Below, one piece after another: positions 10,576 to 21,143 of a stretch of 64,000 nt of DNA (position 1 is the stretch's first letter; every line of letters starts with the position of its first letter). The stretch is from assembly GCA_963823665.1 (NCBI GenBank), contig CAWGMQ010000005.1, forward strand, positions 1,888,001 through 1,952,000, in the 5' to 3' direction. The translations under genes and the position numbers were made by a program. The stretch comes from an uncultured Planctomycetota bacterium. Its GTDB lineage: Bacteria; Planctomycetota; Planctomycetia; Isosphaerales; Isosphaeraceae. Below the pieces are notes generated by a model. That model did not search any database and had not been told where the DNA came from. It was given only the letters and a program-made list of their open reading frames with translations.

Positions 10576-10672
10576 TGGACTTGTGCGGCGGGCTCGGGTC
10601 CAATAGGGTCGAGGAACCGACTATGCGGGCATACCGGCGTTCATTCGTCGCACACGATAAGAGATTGGGGCC

Positions 10673-12220
10673 ATGAACTACCATCCCAAGTGCATGTTCG
10701 CTGCCGGCTTTACCCTTATCTCCGCGTTGCTGCTCTCGATGCACGCCCACGCCGCGGATAACGAATACAAGCCCTTCGAGGGAGCCAAAAGTACCTGGCA
10801 TGACGGATTCGAGCGGTACGATTACGTGATGGACACAGAAACGCTGGAAATTCAGCCGTTCGAGCGCCCGGCGGACGAGAAGTTCGGGATCAAGGATCCG
10901 CCGCGGGGCAAGCGGCGGTGCGTTGTGATCGTGCCGCGGAAGGCTGCAGCGGGCAACCCCTGGTCATGGCGCGGATGTTACTGGGACCATCAGCCGCAGA
11001 CCGAGGTTGAGCTGCTCAAGCGTGGGTTTCACGTCGCGTATATCTCGGCCAACGCGGGCTTGAGGCCGGATAAGACATGGGACGCCTGGTACGCGTTCTT
11101 GACCGAGAAACACGGGCTGTCCAGGAAGCCGGCGTTTGTGGGAATGAGCCGTGGCGGCGAATACTCCTATACATGGGCCACCGCGAATCCCACGAAAGTT
11201 TCGAGCATCTATGCCGATAATCCCGGGGTGAATTCCGAAGTCCTCAAAAAGCTCGCCGACCTCGCGGCCGCCGACGTGCCCGTGCTGCACGTCTGCGGTA
11301 GCATTGATCCCCTGCTGGGGCGAGTTTCGACTGCGATCGAGAACATCTATCAGCAATTCGGCGGCCGGATCTCGGTGATGATCAAGGAGGGCGCAGGGCA
11401 TCATCCGCATAGCCTGCGCGACGCCAAGCCAATCGCGGACTTCATCTCGCAACAGGTTCAGCCAGCCGGTACCAATCCGCCTCCGTATCTGAGCGGCAGG
11501 ATCACACATTCGTCGATCTACGGCCGGCAAAACATCTATCGTTACGCGCCGAGCGAAGGGATCTACATCACCTGCCGGGGGCCCTGGTTCAGCCCAAGCT
11601 TCGATCGCTACTCATTTGGAATGACGGGCGTGGAGGGTTCGATCGGTGTCGTCGTTCCGAAGACGATCGCTGCCGGGAAGCCATGGGTTTTCCGGGTCGA
11701 TCATGTGAGTGCTGATGCTACGGTCGACCTGGCACTGCTCGAACACGGGTTTCATATTGTGACGGGGCCCGTGCCTTATAACGCAGACGGGCCGTCGCTC
11801 AAGAGCTGGAATGCGGTTTACGAGTTGCTCACCAAGCATGGGTTTTCAAAAAAGCCCGTGCTCGAAGGAGCCGGCGGCGCAGCGGGAGAGGCCTATGCTT
11901 GGGCCATCGCGAATCCGGACAAGGTCTCGTGCATTTACGGCGAAAACCCCGTACTGCGCTGCACGATGACGAAAGCACAACCGCTCGACAACCTCGCTGC
12001 ACTCGCCAGGGCCGGCATTCCCGTGCTGCATGTATGCGGCAGTCTGGATCCGATGCTCGGGAGCCAAACGCGCGAAGCGGAGAAACGCTACAAGGAACTC
12101 GGCGGGGCGATGACCGTGATTGTGCAAGACGGCGAGGGACATTACCCGACGGCACCCAGGGATCTCAAGCCCGTGATCGATTTCATCGTCGCGAAACAAG
12201 GCCCCACAAACGTGAATTGA
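10673..12220 (+). CDS. Secreted protein with two tandem alpha/beta-hydrolase domains
   Basis: Signal peptide ending AHA; domain 1 GMSRGG, HVCGSIDP, GHHPH; domain 2 HVCGSLDP, GHYP. Confidence 0.85.
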   Translation: MNYHPKCMFAAGFTLISALLLSMHAHAADNEYKPFEGAKSTWHDGFERYDYVMDTETLEIQPFERPADEKFGIKDPPRGKRRCVVIVPRKAAAGNPWSWRGCYWDHQPQTEVELLKRGFHVAYISANAGLRPDKTWDAWYAFLTEKHGLSRKPAFVGMSRGGEYSYTWATANPTKVSSIYADNPGVNSEVLKKLADLAAADVPVLHVCGSIDPLLGRVSTAIENIYQQFGGRISVMIKEGAGHHPHSLRDAKPIADFISQQVQPAGTNPPPYLSGRITHSSIYGRQNIYRYAPSEGIYITCRGPWFSPSFDRYSFGMTGVEGSIGVVVPKTIAAGKPWVFRVDHVSADATVDLALLEHGFHIVTGPVPYNADGPSLKSWNAVYELLTKHGFSKKPVLEGAGGAAGEAYAWAIANPDKVSCIYGENPVLRCTMTKAQPLDNLAALARAGIPVLHVCGSLDPMLGSQTREAEKRYKELGGAMTVIVQDGEGHYPTAPRDLKPVIDFIVAKQGPTNVN

Positions 12221-12240
12221 AACAATGCTCATTCACGATT

Positions 12241-12393
12241 TCATGGAGAGTCGCTTTGTGTTGGTTGGTCCCATCGTAGCGGCTGCTGCTTTGGGGCCTC
12301 GAACCAGGCGCGGGACCGCGGCCATGCGAACCAGATGGTGACGAACCCACCCATCATGAGCGTGACCGCGACGACGATGATGTTGACAGCCAT
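12241..12393 (-). CDS. Unannotated 50-aa single-TM protein at the end of the oxidase operon (small-subunit candidate)
   Basis: MAVNIIVVAVTLMMGGFVTIWFAWPRSRAWFEAPKQQPLRWDQPTQSDSP*; ATG 7 nt after the oxidase stop; GGGGAG upstream. Confidence 0.72.
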   Translation of the reverse strand: MAVNIIVVAVTLMMGGFVTIWFAWPRSRAWFEAPKQQPLRWDQPTQSDSP

Positions 12394-12400
12394 CTGAGAT

Positions 12401-15025
12401 CTACTCCCCTGCTCTGCCGTAGAACGACCGGACGTAGCGGGCCAGCAACTCGCGCTGTGCAGGCGCGAGCTTCGGCTCCCAGCGCGGCATGGCGGTGCCC
12501 CGGACTCCGGACGTCAACGCGGTGATCGCGTATTCGGTCGTCGGTTGTACCTCGTGGAAATTGGTGGGAGGCGGCGACAGCATTCGTGCGCCGGGGCCAT
12601 CCCCTTTGCCGGCAGGGCCGTGGCAGACCACACACTCTTTGGCGTACAGCTCCCGGACGGTCTGGCGCTCGGGGCCAGCGAGCTCTGGGGGCGGCGCGGG
12701 CGGCGCGATCGTTTGCAGGTACGCGACGAGCCCGCGGAGGTCACCGGTGCTCAGATCATTCCAGGCGGGCATCGACGATCCCGAGACTCCGTTCCACATG
12801 ACCTCGCTCAGATGTTTCTCTGAGATTCGAGCGGCCGTCAGGTTGCGAGGTGCAGGCGTCAGGGCAAGCGCCGCGGGGCCGTCTGCCAGACCCTTCGCGC
12901 CGTGGCAGCCGATGCAATGGCGGGCAAAGACCTCCGCCCCTCTGCGGGCAAATCGCTCGGCCTCGCCGGGGGCCAGCGGTGTTTCCCAGTGCGGGGCCGC
13001 ACCGGGTGTTCGGGGGATGGCGCAGTCGCAGAACATTCCGTTACGGCGCTCCTCGTCGGGGTTTTGACCCGCTGCTAGCGGGGCTGGCGAAGCGAGGCCG
13101 GCGAGGCGGGCATCTCGTCCCAGCGATTGAAGGTAGCTTACCAGCTCGATCGCCTCGGGCCGTGGCCGTGTGGGCGAGCCGTCGAAGAGCCAGGGATAGC
13201 CGGGCATGACGGAGTCGGGAACGACATGCCGCGGGTTCCAGAGGTGAGCAAGCTGCCAATCGTTTGACTTCCGCTCGCCCTCGCGGGCGAGGTCCGGGCC
13301 GATGCGCCGGGTTCCCCACATCTGGGGGGCGTCGCCCGCGCTTTCCCACGCCTGGCTGGCCGGACCGAACCGGCGTACGTCGTCCTCGGTGAAACGGACC
13401 AACTGTGAGTGGCATGTCATACAACCTTCTCGGGCGTAGACCAAGCGGCCTCGCCGTTCGCTTGCCGAAGGGACAGACCCTTCGGCGGGTTTCGTCAGGG
13501 CGATCTGGTTGTCGAGCGTGCGGTTGGGCCACATACCGAGTACGACGAACGACAAGACAAAGAGCCCGAATCCGGCGCCGGCGGTGAGTACGTAGGCGTG
13601 CTTCAGCCAGCGAAATCCGGCGACCTCCGCTTCGGCGTCGTCTTGTTCGAGTGCCTCGGTGGTCGACGCAGGGGCGACGACTGCACCGGTCGTCAGCGTT
13701 GCCACGACGGAGATGAACCCGCCGAAGAGCACAACGCCCGATGCGGTACGGATCCACCAGAACGGTGCGGACGCACGCACGGATTCCATCCACGGCAGAT
13801 CGCCCTGCCAGAGCTGGCCCTGCACGAGCCCGGCGGCGGTCAAGTCAAACACCATCGCGGAAAGCCCCAGGGCCAGCAGCCAGAACGACCAGTTCGCCGC
13901 CCTGGCGTTGTAGCGGCAGCCTGGTGTCATTCGCCAGGCGTGCAGCATGCCTCCCAGGGCCGTGAATGAGGCGAACCCGATCATGGCGAGGTGGGAGTGG
14001 CCGATCACCCAGTCGGAGAAATGGACGAATCGATTGATCGGCATGATCGCCTGCGCCGAGCCTTGCAGGCTGACGATCAGGTAGACGACCGTGCCGGTCC
14101 AGACGTAGCGCAGCGGTGTATCGGCGGCGGCGATGGCCGAGCGGTTCCGGAGCGACAGAAGCAAGTTGGTGACGACCAGCGCCACGTCGGCTCCCAGGTA
14201 GACGGAAGCCACGATCGCTCCGCGCTGGGCCTCCATCGGGATCGATGAAAAGACGTAGTGGTGGGTGCCGTTGAGCGGGTAGATCAGGAATAACAGCCAG
14301 AACCCGATCATGGACAGGAAGTGGCTAAAGATCGGCTGGCGGGAAACGGCGGGGATCACCGCATAGGCGACCGCGAGCGCCAGCGGCGTGACAAACAAAC
14401 CCACGGCATCGTGTATCCACAGCCCGCTGAACGTCGCCCCTTGTGCCCCGGGAAGGTATTCGGGCACGACATTTCCAACGGGATAGGCGAGCAGAGTGAA
14501 CGTCAAGCCGCCGAGGATGTACCACGCGGAGACGTAGAGGCTCTTGACCCTGGCGCGGAGTAGCGGCCACACGAACTGAACGATCGCGAGGATCATTCCG
14601 AGTGTTGCCGCACCGTCGACCAAGGGCGGGAACTCAGCCCATTCGAGCGGCTGGCTCACTCCTGCTTGAACGAGAGCCCAACCCGGTAGAACAAGCAGAC
14701 CGTTCCAGACGGCGAAGAGCAACCAGCCAAGCCGCGCGCTCGTGACAGGGCGGTTGGCAAGCCTCGGGACGACGTAATACAGAAATGACAGAAACGCGTT
14801 GCCCAGCCAGCCGAAGAAGATGCCTTGTGTGTGGGCGAAGCGGATCCGCCCCCACGAGAGCCAGGCGACATCGCCGTGAGACTCAGGCACGTTCAGCCTG
14901 ATTGACATCAGTAACCCGAGAATGACGACGTAAAGCACCGAAGCCAGCGCGGCATAACCATGCCAGCGGATCAGAAGGGCGATTGCCGGGTCGTGAGGAG
15001 TGTGCTGTTCGCGGGTAGAGGCCAT
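12401..15025 (-). CDS. C-family (cbb3-like) heme-copper oxidase subunit I fused to a CcoO-type cytochrome c and two more c-type cytochrome domains
   Basis: GRIRFAH, WIHDAVG, IYPLNGTHH, DWVIGHSH (six His ligands); CcoO-like REGCMTCHSQ..WGTRRIGPDL..SVMPGYPWL; then CIGCH and CVVCH, each followed by a MP-W Met-ligand motif. Confidence 0.9.
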   Translation of the reverse strand: MASTREQHTPHDPAIALLIRWHGYAALASVLYVVILGLLMSIRLNVPESHGDVAWLSWGRIRFAHTQGIFFGWLGNAFLSFLYYVVPRLANRPVTSARLGWLLFAVWNGLLVLPGWALVQAGVSQPLEWAEFPPLVDGAATLGMILAIVQFVWPLLRARVKSLYVSAWYILGGLTFTLLAYPVGNVVPEYLPGAQGATFSGLWIHDAVGLFVTPLALAVAYAVIPAVSRQPIFSHFLSMIGFWLLFLIYPLNGTHHYVFSSIPMEAQRGAIVASVYLGADVALVVTNLLLSLRNRSAIAAADTPLRYVWTGTVVYLIVSLQGSAQAIMPINRFVHFSDWVIGHSHLAMIGFASFTALGGMLHAWRMTPGCRYNARAANWSFWLLALGLSAMVFDLTAAGLVQGQLWQGDLPWMESVRASAPFWWIRTASGVVLFGGFISVVATLTTGAVVAPASTTEALEQDDAEAEVAGFRWLKHAYVLTAGAGFGLFVLSFVVLGMWPNRTLDNQIALTKPAEGSVPSASERRGRLVYAREGCMTCHSQLVRFTEDDVRRFGPASQAWESAGDAPQMWGTRRIGPDLAREGERKSNDWQLAHLWNPRHVVPDSVMPGYPWLFDGSPTRPRPEAIELVSYLQSLGRDARLAGLASPAPLAAGQNPDEERRNGMFCDCAIPRTPGAAPHWETPLAPGEAERFARRGAEVFARHCIGCHGAKGLADGPAALALTPAPRNLTAARISEKHLSEVMWNGVSGSSMPAWNDLSTGDLRGLVAYLQTIAPPAPPPELAGPERQTVRELYAKECVVCHGPAGKGDGPGARMLSPPPTNFHEVQPTTEYAITALTSGVRGTAMPRWEPKLAPAQRELLARYVRSFYGRAGE

Positions 15026-15078
15026 TTTGTTTTCGCGTCATCCTCGTGAAGGAAATCATCTGCAGTGCGGGAGGGGTG

Positions 15079-15507
15079 TCAGGGTGCCGGCGGCTGGGCA
15101 GCGAGTAGATATTCCACCACCTTCACCTCGTTTTCGGGGGTGACGGGCGCGCCATAAACGGCCACCATCTTGTGGACGATCTCAGCCCATTTCTCGCGGC
15201 GGAATGGTGGCTGGCCGAAGGGGAGCTGGGCCGAGTGGCAGATCAAGCAAGACGTCTGGAATTCCTCTCGGTGCGGCCCTTGGGGGATCTCGAAATCCCA
15301 GGCCGGCGTTGCCGTGACGGTGGACGTTTCGACAATCTGACTGTCGGAACGGCCGGCCACGGACCAGGAGTCTCTGGTCCCGAAGTAGGCGATGGCGGAG
15401 GCCGCCGAAATCAGGATGAGAGCCAGGATGATGCCGAAGCGCTGGCGGCGGGCGGCATCGGGGCTGGCGGCGGGCATCAGGTGCTCGGGCAATGGCTCAG
15501 ACGACAT
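15079..15507 (-). CDS. sorB: Membrane-anchored monoheme cytochrome c, SorB-like
   Basis: One TM helix; CLICHS, QPP, WAEIVHKMVAVYGAP, VVEYL; start overlaps the sorA stop. Confidence 0.8.
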   Translation of the reverse strand: MSSEPLPEHLMPAASPDAARRQRFGIILALILISAASAIAYFGTRDSWSVAGRSDSQIVETSTVTATPAWDFEIPQGPHREEFQTSCLICHSAQLPFGQPPFRREKWAEIVHKMVAVYGAPVTPENEVKVVEYLLAAQPPAP

Positions 15508-16693
15508 GGATGGACATTTCCTCGACGACATTTCGCATGTACCCGCCGCGGTTCCAGCCTTCGTTCGAGGGCTGAACCTGGCCATCGCCGGCTGTGGCGC
15601 GGCAGCGAAGCCGGCATTCGCCGCGCACGGATGGAACCCAGCGGTGGTGCCAGCGGCGGAACGAGAATCGACCCATGTCAGGGCCCAGGGCCGTTTGCGT
15701 CCAGCTTGTGCCGCCATTGGTCGAAACCTCGACGCTGCGGATGCCGCTGCCGCCGTCAAAGGCGATTCCATCCAGGTCGATGGGCCGGCCCAGCGGCAGT
15801 CTGGCATCGGAGTCGGGCGTGGTGATGAACGATCGAACGTTCATGCGATGAATGGGAACGACCTGCTGGGCGAGCTGGTCTGGAGTTTCCACTCCGTTGG
15901 GTGTTGGCGGGATCTTGTAAGCCTTGGCCATCCAGTAACCATCGTATGGCTGCGCCAGGACGGTGATTTTGTGGAGCATTTTGACCCAATAGGTGGCATA
16001 CCATCCGGGGACAACCAGGCGGGCTGGGAAACCATTCAAGCGTGGCAGGGGCTCGCCGTTCGCCGAGTGGGCCACGATGACTTCAGGCTGAAGTGCGCGA
16101 TCGATATCGAGTGCCTTGACAAAATCGGGCACCGAGGCGAGTGGGCCCTGGTCGAGCCCATCGAACGTTACCTGGGCGGCGTCTTTTCGGAGGCCGGCCG
16201 CGCGGAGCACTTTTCCAAGCGAGACTCCGGCCCAGCGAGCGTTGCCCATGGCTCCGTTCCGCCATTGCGCACCGGGGACTCTGGGAGTGAAGAGACTGCG
16301 CGAGTTTCCGGAGCACTGATTGACGGCCACGACTTCGTCGTTGCCGAGCTTGCGAAGATCGTCCATGGACAATTCAAGCGGCCGGTCAACGGCGCCGTCG
16401 ACGCGGAGCCGCCACGTTTTGATATCCACGTCGAGTGGCAGCGCCTGGAGGTGCCAGCGAACGTAGAATGCTTCCATCGGCGTCAGGTCGTGACGGAAAT
16501 AGCGCCAGGGTGTCTCCAGACATGGCGGCCGGTCGTTCACGAGGCGCATGGCTGTCTTGCCGGGGAATCGCGCAAGTGGACCGTCGGTGTCGGTTGCAGG
16601 GGGATTTTCCCGGGTGCGCTGGCAGCCGATGGGCAGGAGCCCCGTTCCGGCCATGGCGGCGAGCCGCAACCATTCGCGGCGGGGTATTTGCAT
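15497..16693 (-). CDS. sorA: Sulfite oxidase-family molybdoenzyme, SorA-like (Tat-exported, possible lipoprotein)
   Basis: RREWL Tat motif and LPIGC; FYVRWH; QCSGNSRS (Mo-Cys); GAMGNARWAG; NGFPARLVVPGWYATYWVK; WNRGGYMRN. Confidence 0.88.
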   Translation of the reverse strand: MQIPRREWLRLAAMAGTGLLPIGCQRTRENPPATDTDGPLARFPGKTAMRLVNDRPPCLETPWRYFRHDLTPMEAFYVRWHLQALPLDVDIKTWRLRVDGAVDRPLELSMDDLRKLGNDEVVAVNQCSGNSRSLFTPRVPGAQWRNGAMGNARWAGVSLGKVLRAAGLRKDAAQVTFDGLDQGPLASVPDFVKALDIDRALQPEVIVAHSANGEPLPRLNGFPARLVVPGWYATYWVKMLHKITVLAQPYDGYWMAKAYKIPPTPNGVETPDQLAQQVVPIHRMNVRSFITTPDSDARLPLGRPIDLDGIAFDGGSGIRSVEVSTNGGTSWTQTALGPDMGRFSFRRWHHRWVPSVRGECRLRCRATAGDGQVQPSNEGWNRGGYMRNVVEEMSIHVV

Positions 16694-16852
16694 ACAATGA
16701 GGTTCCTCTGAGCTCCGCGCCGGCACGGCCGAGAACAGTGTGGCTGTAGATCCGGTTACTGTAAACTGATCTGGTGAACGAACGCGAATGAAAAAGCAAA
16801 TGTCCACGACCAACAGGGCTGTGGTTCTCGTGCTTGCTGTGTGGGAGGACTC

Positions 16853-18607
<1,755 letters not shown>

Positions 18608-18621
18608 TAGGAGATCTGTCG

Positions 18622-20283
18622 ATGACCGGGCTCGAACGACCGCAGACGGGCGCGCAGCTTCTGGTTCGATGTCTTGAGAGTCAGGGGGTTCCGTTCATCT
18701 TCGGCATCCCGGGCGGGGCCATCTCGCCGATTCTGGAGGCGCTCGCCGATGGCGGGCCGCGGTTCATCACGGTACGGCACGAAACTGCCGGGGCGTTCAT
18801 GGCACAGGCGTACGGACGCTGCACGGGGAGGCCGGGGGTCGTGCTGACGACGTCGGGGCCGGGGCTGATCAACGCAGTCTGCGGCGTTGCCACGGCCCAG
18901 GCCGACCGTGACCCGGTCGTGGCGATCACGGGGCAAGTTCCACGCGGGATGCGGTTCAAGTCGTATCACCAGTATCTCGACACGGTCGGCCTGTTTGCCC
19001 CGATCACCAAATGGAGCGTCGGGGTCGAGGAGCCGGATACCATTCCGGAGGTGCTGGCCAACGCATTTCGACTCGCTGCCAGGCCGCGCCCAGGGGCCGT
19101 CCACGTCAGCGTTCCGTCTGACGTGTCTCGCGCAGCCACCAAGGGCGAGCCCTTGTCGCTGTTTGAGCCTGCGTCGGGCGGCCTGCCCGCGGATGAAGAC
19201 CTCGAACGTGCTGCTCTGCTTCTGCGGTCGGCTCGTCAGCCAGTGCTGCTGCTCGGCGTGGGAGCGGGCGAGGCTGGGGCGACGGCGGCCATCCGACGGC
19301 TGCTAGGGCAGGCTGCACTGCCGGTGGCTTGCACCTTCGAGGGCAACGGTGTCGTCTCGCGCGACCTGGTCAATTGGTTCGCCGGCCGCGTTGGTTACAC
19401 GCACAACCAGCCCGCCGACCGGCTGTTGCAGCAGGCGGATGTCGTCGCGTGCGTCGGCTATGACCTGATCGAGTACGACCCAACGGAGTGGCTGGGGCCG
19501 GCGACATCGGTTATTCACCTGGATGAGATCCCCGCGACGATCGACCGTGCGTACCGGCCGGCGGTCGAGCTGGTCGGTGACCTTGGCCGCACGATCGATG
19601 CCCTTACAAAACGGCTGGGGCAAATCACGGCTATCGAGACTGATTCGCTCCGCGAGGCGCGGCAAGAACTCGCTGTTGATCGGTCGCGGGGGGCGGGTCT
19701 GGGCGGCTGCCCCGTCCATCCGCTGCGGATTTTGCATGATCTGGGGCAGGTTGTTGCCGACGACGTGACGGTTACCTGCGACGTCAGGGCGCACCAGATC
19801 TGGACGGCGCGATACTTTTTCCGGTATTCCCCGCGAACGCTCTTCTTCAGCATGGGGCACCAGACGATGGGCGTCGGCCTGCCCTGGGCAATCGGGGCGG
19901 CTCTGGCGCGCCCGGGCAAGCCGGCTGTTTCCATTTCCGGCGACGGCTCCTTCTTGATGACCTGCATGGAGCTGGAAACCGCCGTGCGGCTGAAGCTGCC
20001 GACTGTGCACCTCGTCTGGCGTGATGGTAGTTATAACCTCGTCGGTTTGCTCGCCCTGAGGGAATACGGGCGTGAGGTGGGGACGCACTTCGGGCCGACT
20101 GATTTCGTGGCGCTGGCCCAATCATTCGGTGCCGCAGGATTCCGCGTGAACGACGCGGATGAGCTGCGGCCAGCACTGGAGCGGGCGCTCGCTCTGGGGT
20201 CACCGGCCGTTATCGAGATCCCGGTTGATTACCGCGACAACTTGCCCCTGGTTCAGCCGATGAAGCTGCGGGCGGTCGACTGA
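18622..20283 (+). CDS. alsS: ThDP-dependent acetolactate synthase, catabolic type
   Basis: FGIPGG, RHETAGAFMA, TSGPGLIN, QTMGVGLPWAIGA, SGDGSF..ELETAVRL; directly upstream of alsD; no ilvN small subunit nearby. Confidence 0.88.
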   Translation: MTGLERPQTGAQLLVRCLESQGVPFIFGIPGGAISPILEALADGGPRFITVRHETAGAFMAQAYGRCTGRPGVVLTTSGPGLINAVCGVATAQADRDPVVAITGQVPRGMRFKSYHQYLDTVGLFAPITKWSVGVEEPDTIPEVLANAFRLAARPRPGAVHVSVPSDVSRAATKGEPLSLFEPASGGLPADEDLERAALLLRSARQPVLLLGVGAGEAGATAAIRRLLGQAALPVACTFEGNGVVSRDLVNWFAGRVGYTHNQPADRLLQQADVVACVGYDLIEYDPTEWLGPATSVIHLDEIPATIDRAYRPAVELVGDLGRTIDALTKRLGQITAIETDSLREARQELAVDRSRGAGLGGCPVHPLRILHDLGQVVADDVTVTCDVRAHQIWTARYFFRYSPRTLFFSMGHQTMGVGLPWAIGAALARPGKPAVSISGDGSFLMTCMELETAVRLKLPTVHLVWRDGSYNLVGLLALREYGREVGTHFGPTDFVALAQSFGAAGFRVNDADELRPALERALALGSPAVIEIPVDYRDNLPLVQPMKLRAVD

Positions 20284-20314
20284 GCCACGACCTGAGTTTC
20301 ACGAGGTCAGCATC

Positions 20315-21115
20315 ATGCCGAGCGAGATCTCTTCCATCCATGCTCTCCATGCCTTGCGCTCCCACCGTCATCGCTCGGCGAGCTCTGACGTGCCGGATGC
20401 AGGCGCACTACACGAGGTCTTTCAGAACTCGACAATCAACGCGCTCCTCGAAGGCGTGTACGACGGGTCGATGACCTACGGCGAGCTGCGCCGGCACGGG
20501 GACTTCGGGCTCGGCACATTTAACGCCTTGGACGGCGAGATGATGGCGGTGGACGGGGATTTCTACCAGATCAAAGCCGACGGCGTTGTTTCCCTCGTCG
20601 CAGATGACCAGCGGACGCCGTTCGCCACTGTTCTGTTCTTCCGGCCCACAATCAGGCAATCGCTTAATGGTCCGCTTGACTATGAGCATTTGCAGACCCG
20701 TTTGGACAGCATGATGGAAGGGCCGAACTTATTCTATGCGGTGCGGATCGACGGCGAGTTTGCGTCGGTGAAGACGCGGAGTATGCCCCGGCAGGCGAAG
20801 CCGTATCCACCACTTGTGGAAGTGGCGAAGACGCAACCGGAGTTTCATCTGAAGGACGTGCGCGGCACGCTGGCGGGGTTCCGATTTCCGGACTTTGCCC
20901 GTGGCCTGAACGTGCCGGGGTTCCATCTCCACTTCTTGACGGAGGACCGACGGGCTGGAGGGCACGTGCTCGATCTCGCGCTTACGCGCGGCGAAGTGGC
21001 GATTGATGCCACGGCACGCTTCCACCTGGAGCTGCCGACTGACTCGGCGTTTCTGCACGCCGCCCTGGGGCAGGATCACGGTGATGAGCTGGACCGGGCT
21101 GAACGGGGGAAGTGA
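20315..21115 (+). CDS. alsD: Alpha-acetolactate decarboxylase
   Basis: QNSTINALLEGVYDG, GDFGLGTFNALDGEM, TPFA, PGFHLHF, GGHVLD. Confidence 0.95.
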   Translation: MPSEISSIHALHALRSHRHRSASSDVPDAGALHEVFQNSTINALLEGVYDGSMTYGELRRHGDFGLGTFNALDGEMMAVDGDFYQIKADGVVSLVADDQRTPFATVLFFRPTIRQSLNGPLDYEHLQTRLDSMMEGPNLFYAVRIDGEFASVKTRSMPRQAKPYPPLVEVAKTQPEFHLKDVRGTLAGFRFPDFARGLNVPGFHLHFLTEDRRAGGHVLDLALTRGEVAIDATARFHLELPTDSAFLHAALGQDHGDELDRAERGK

Positions 21116-21143
21116 ATCGGTTTCATGACGAGAGGGAGATGCC

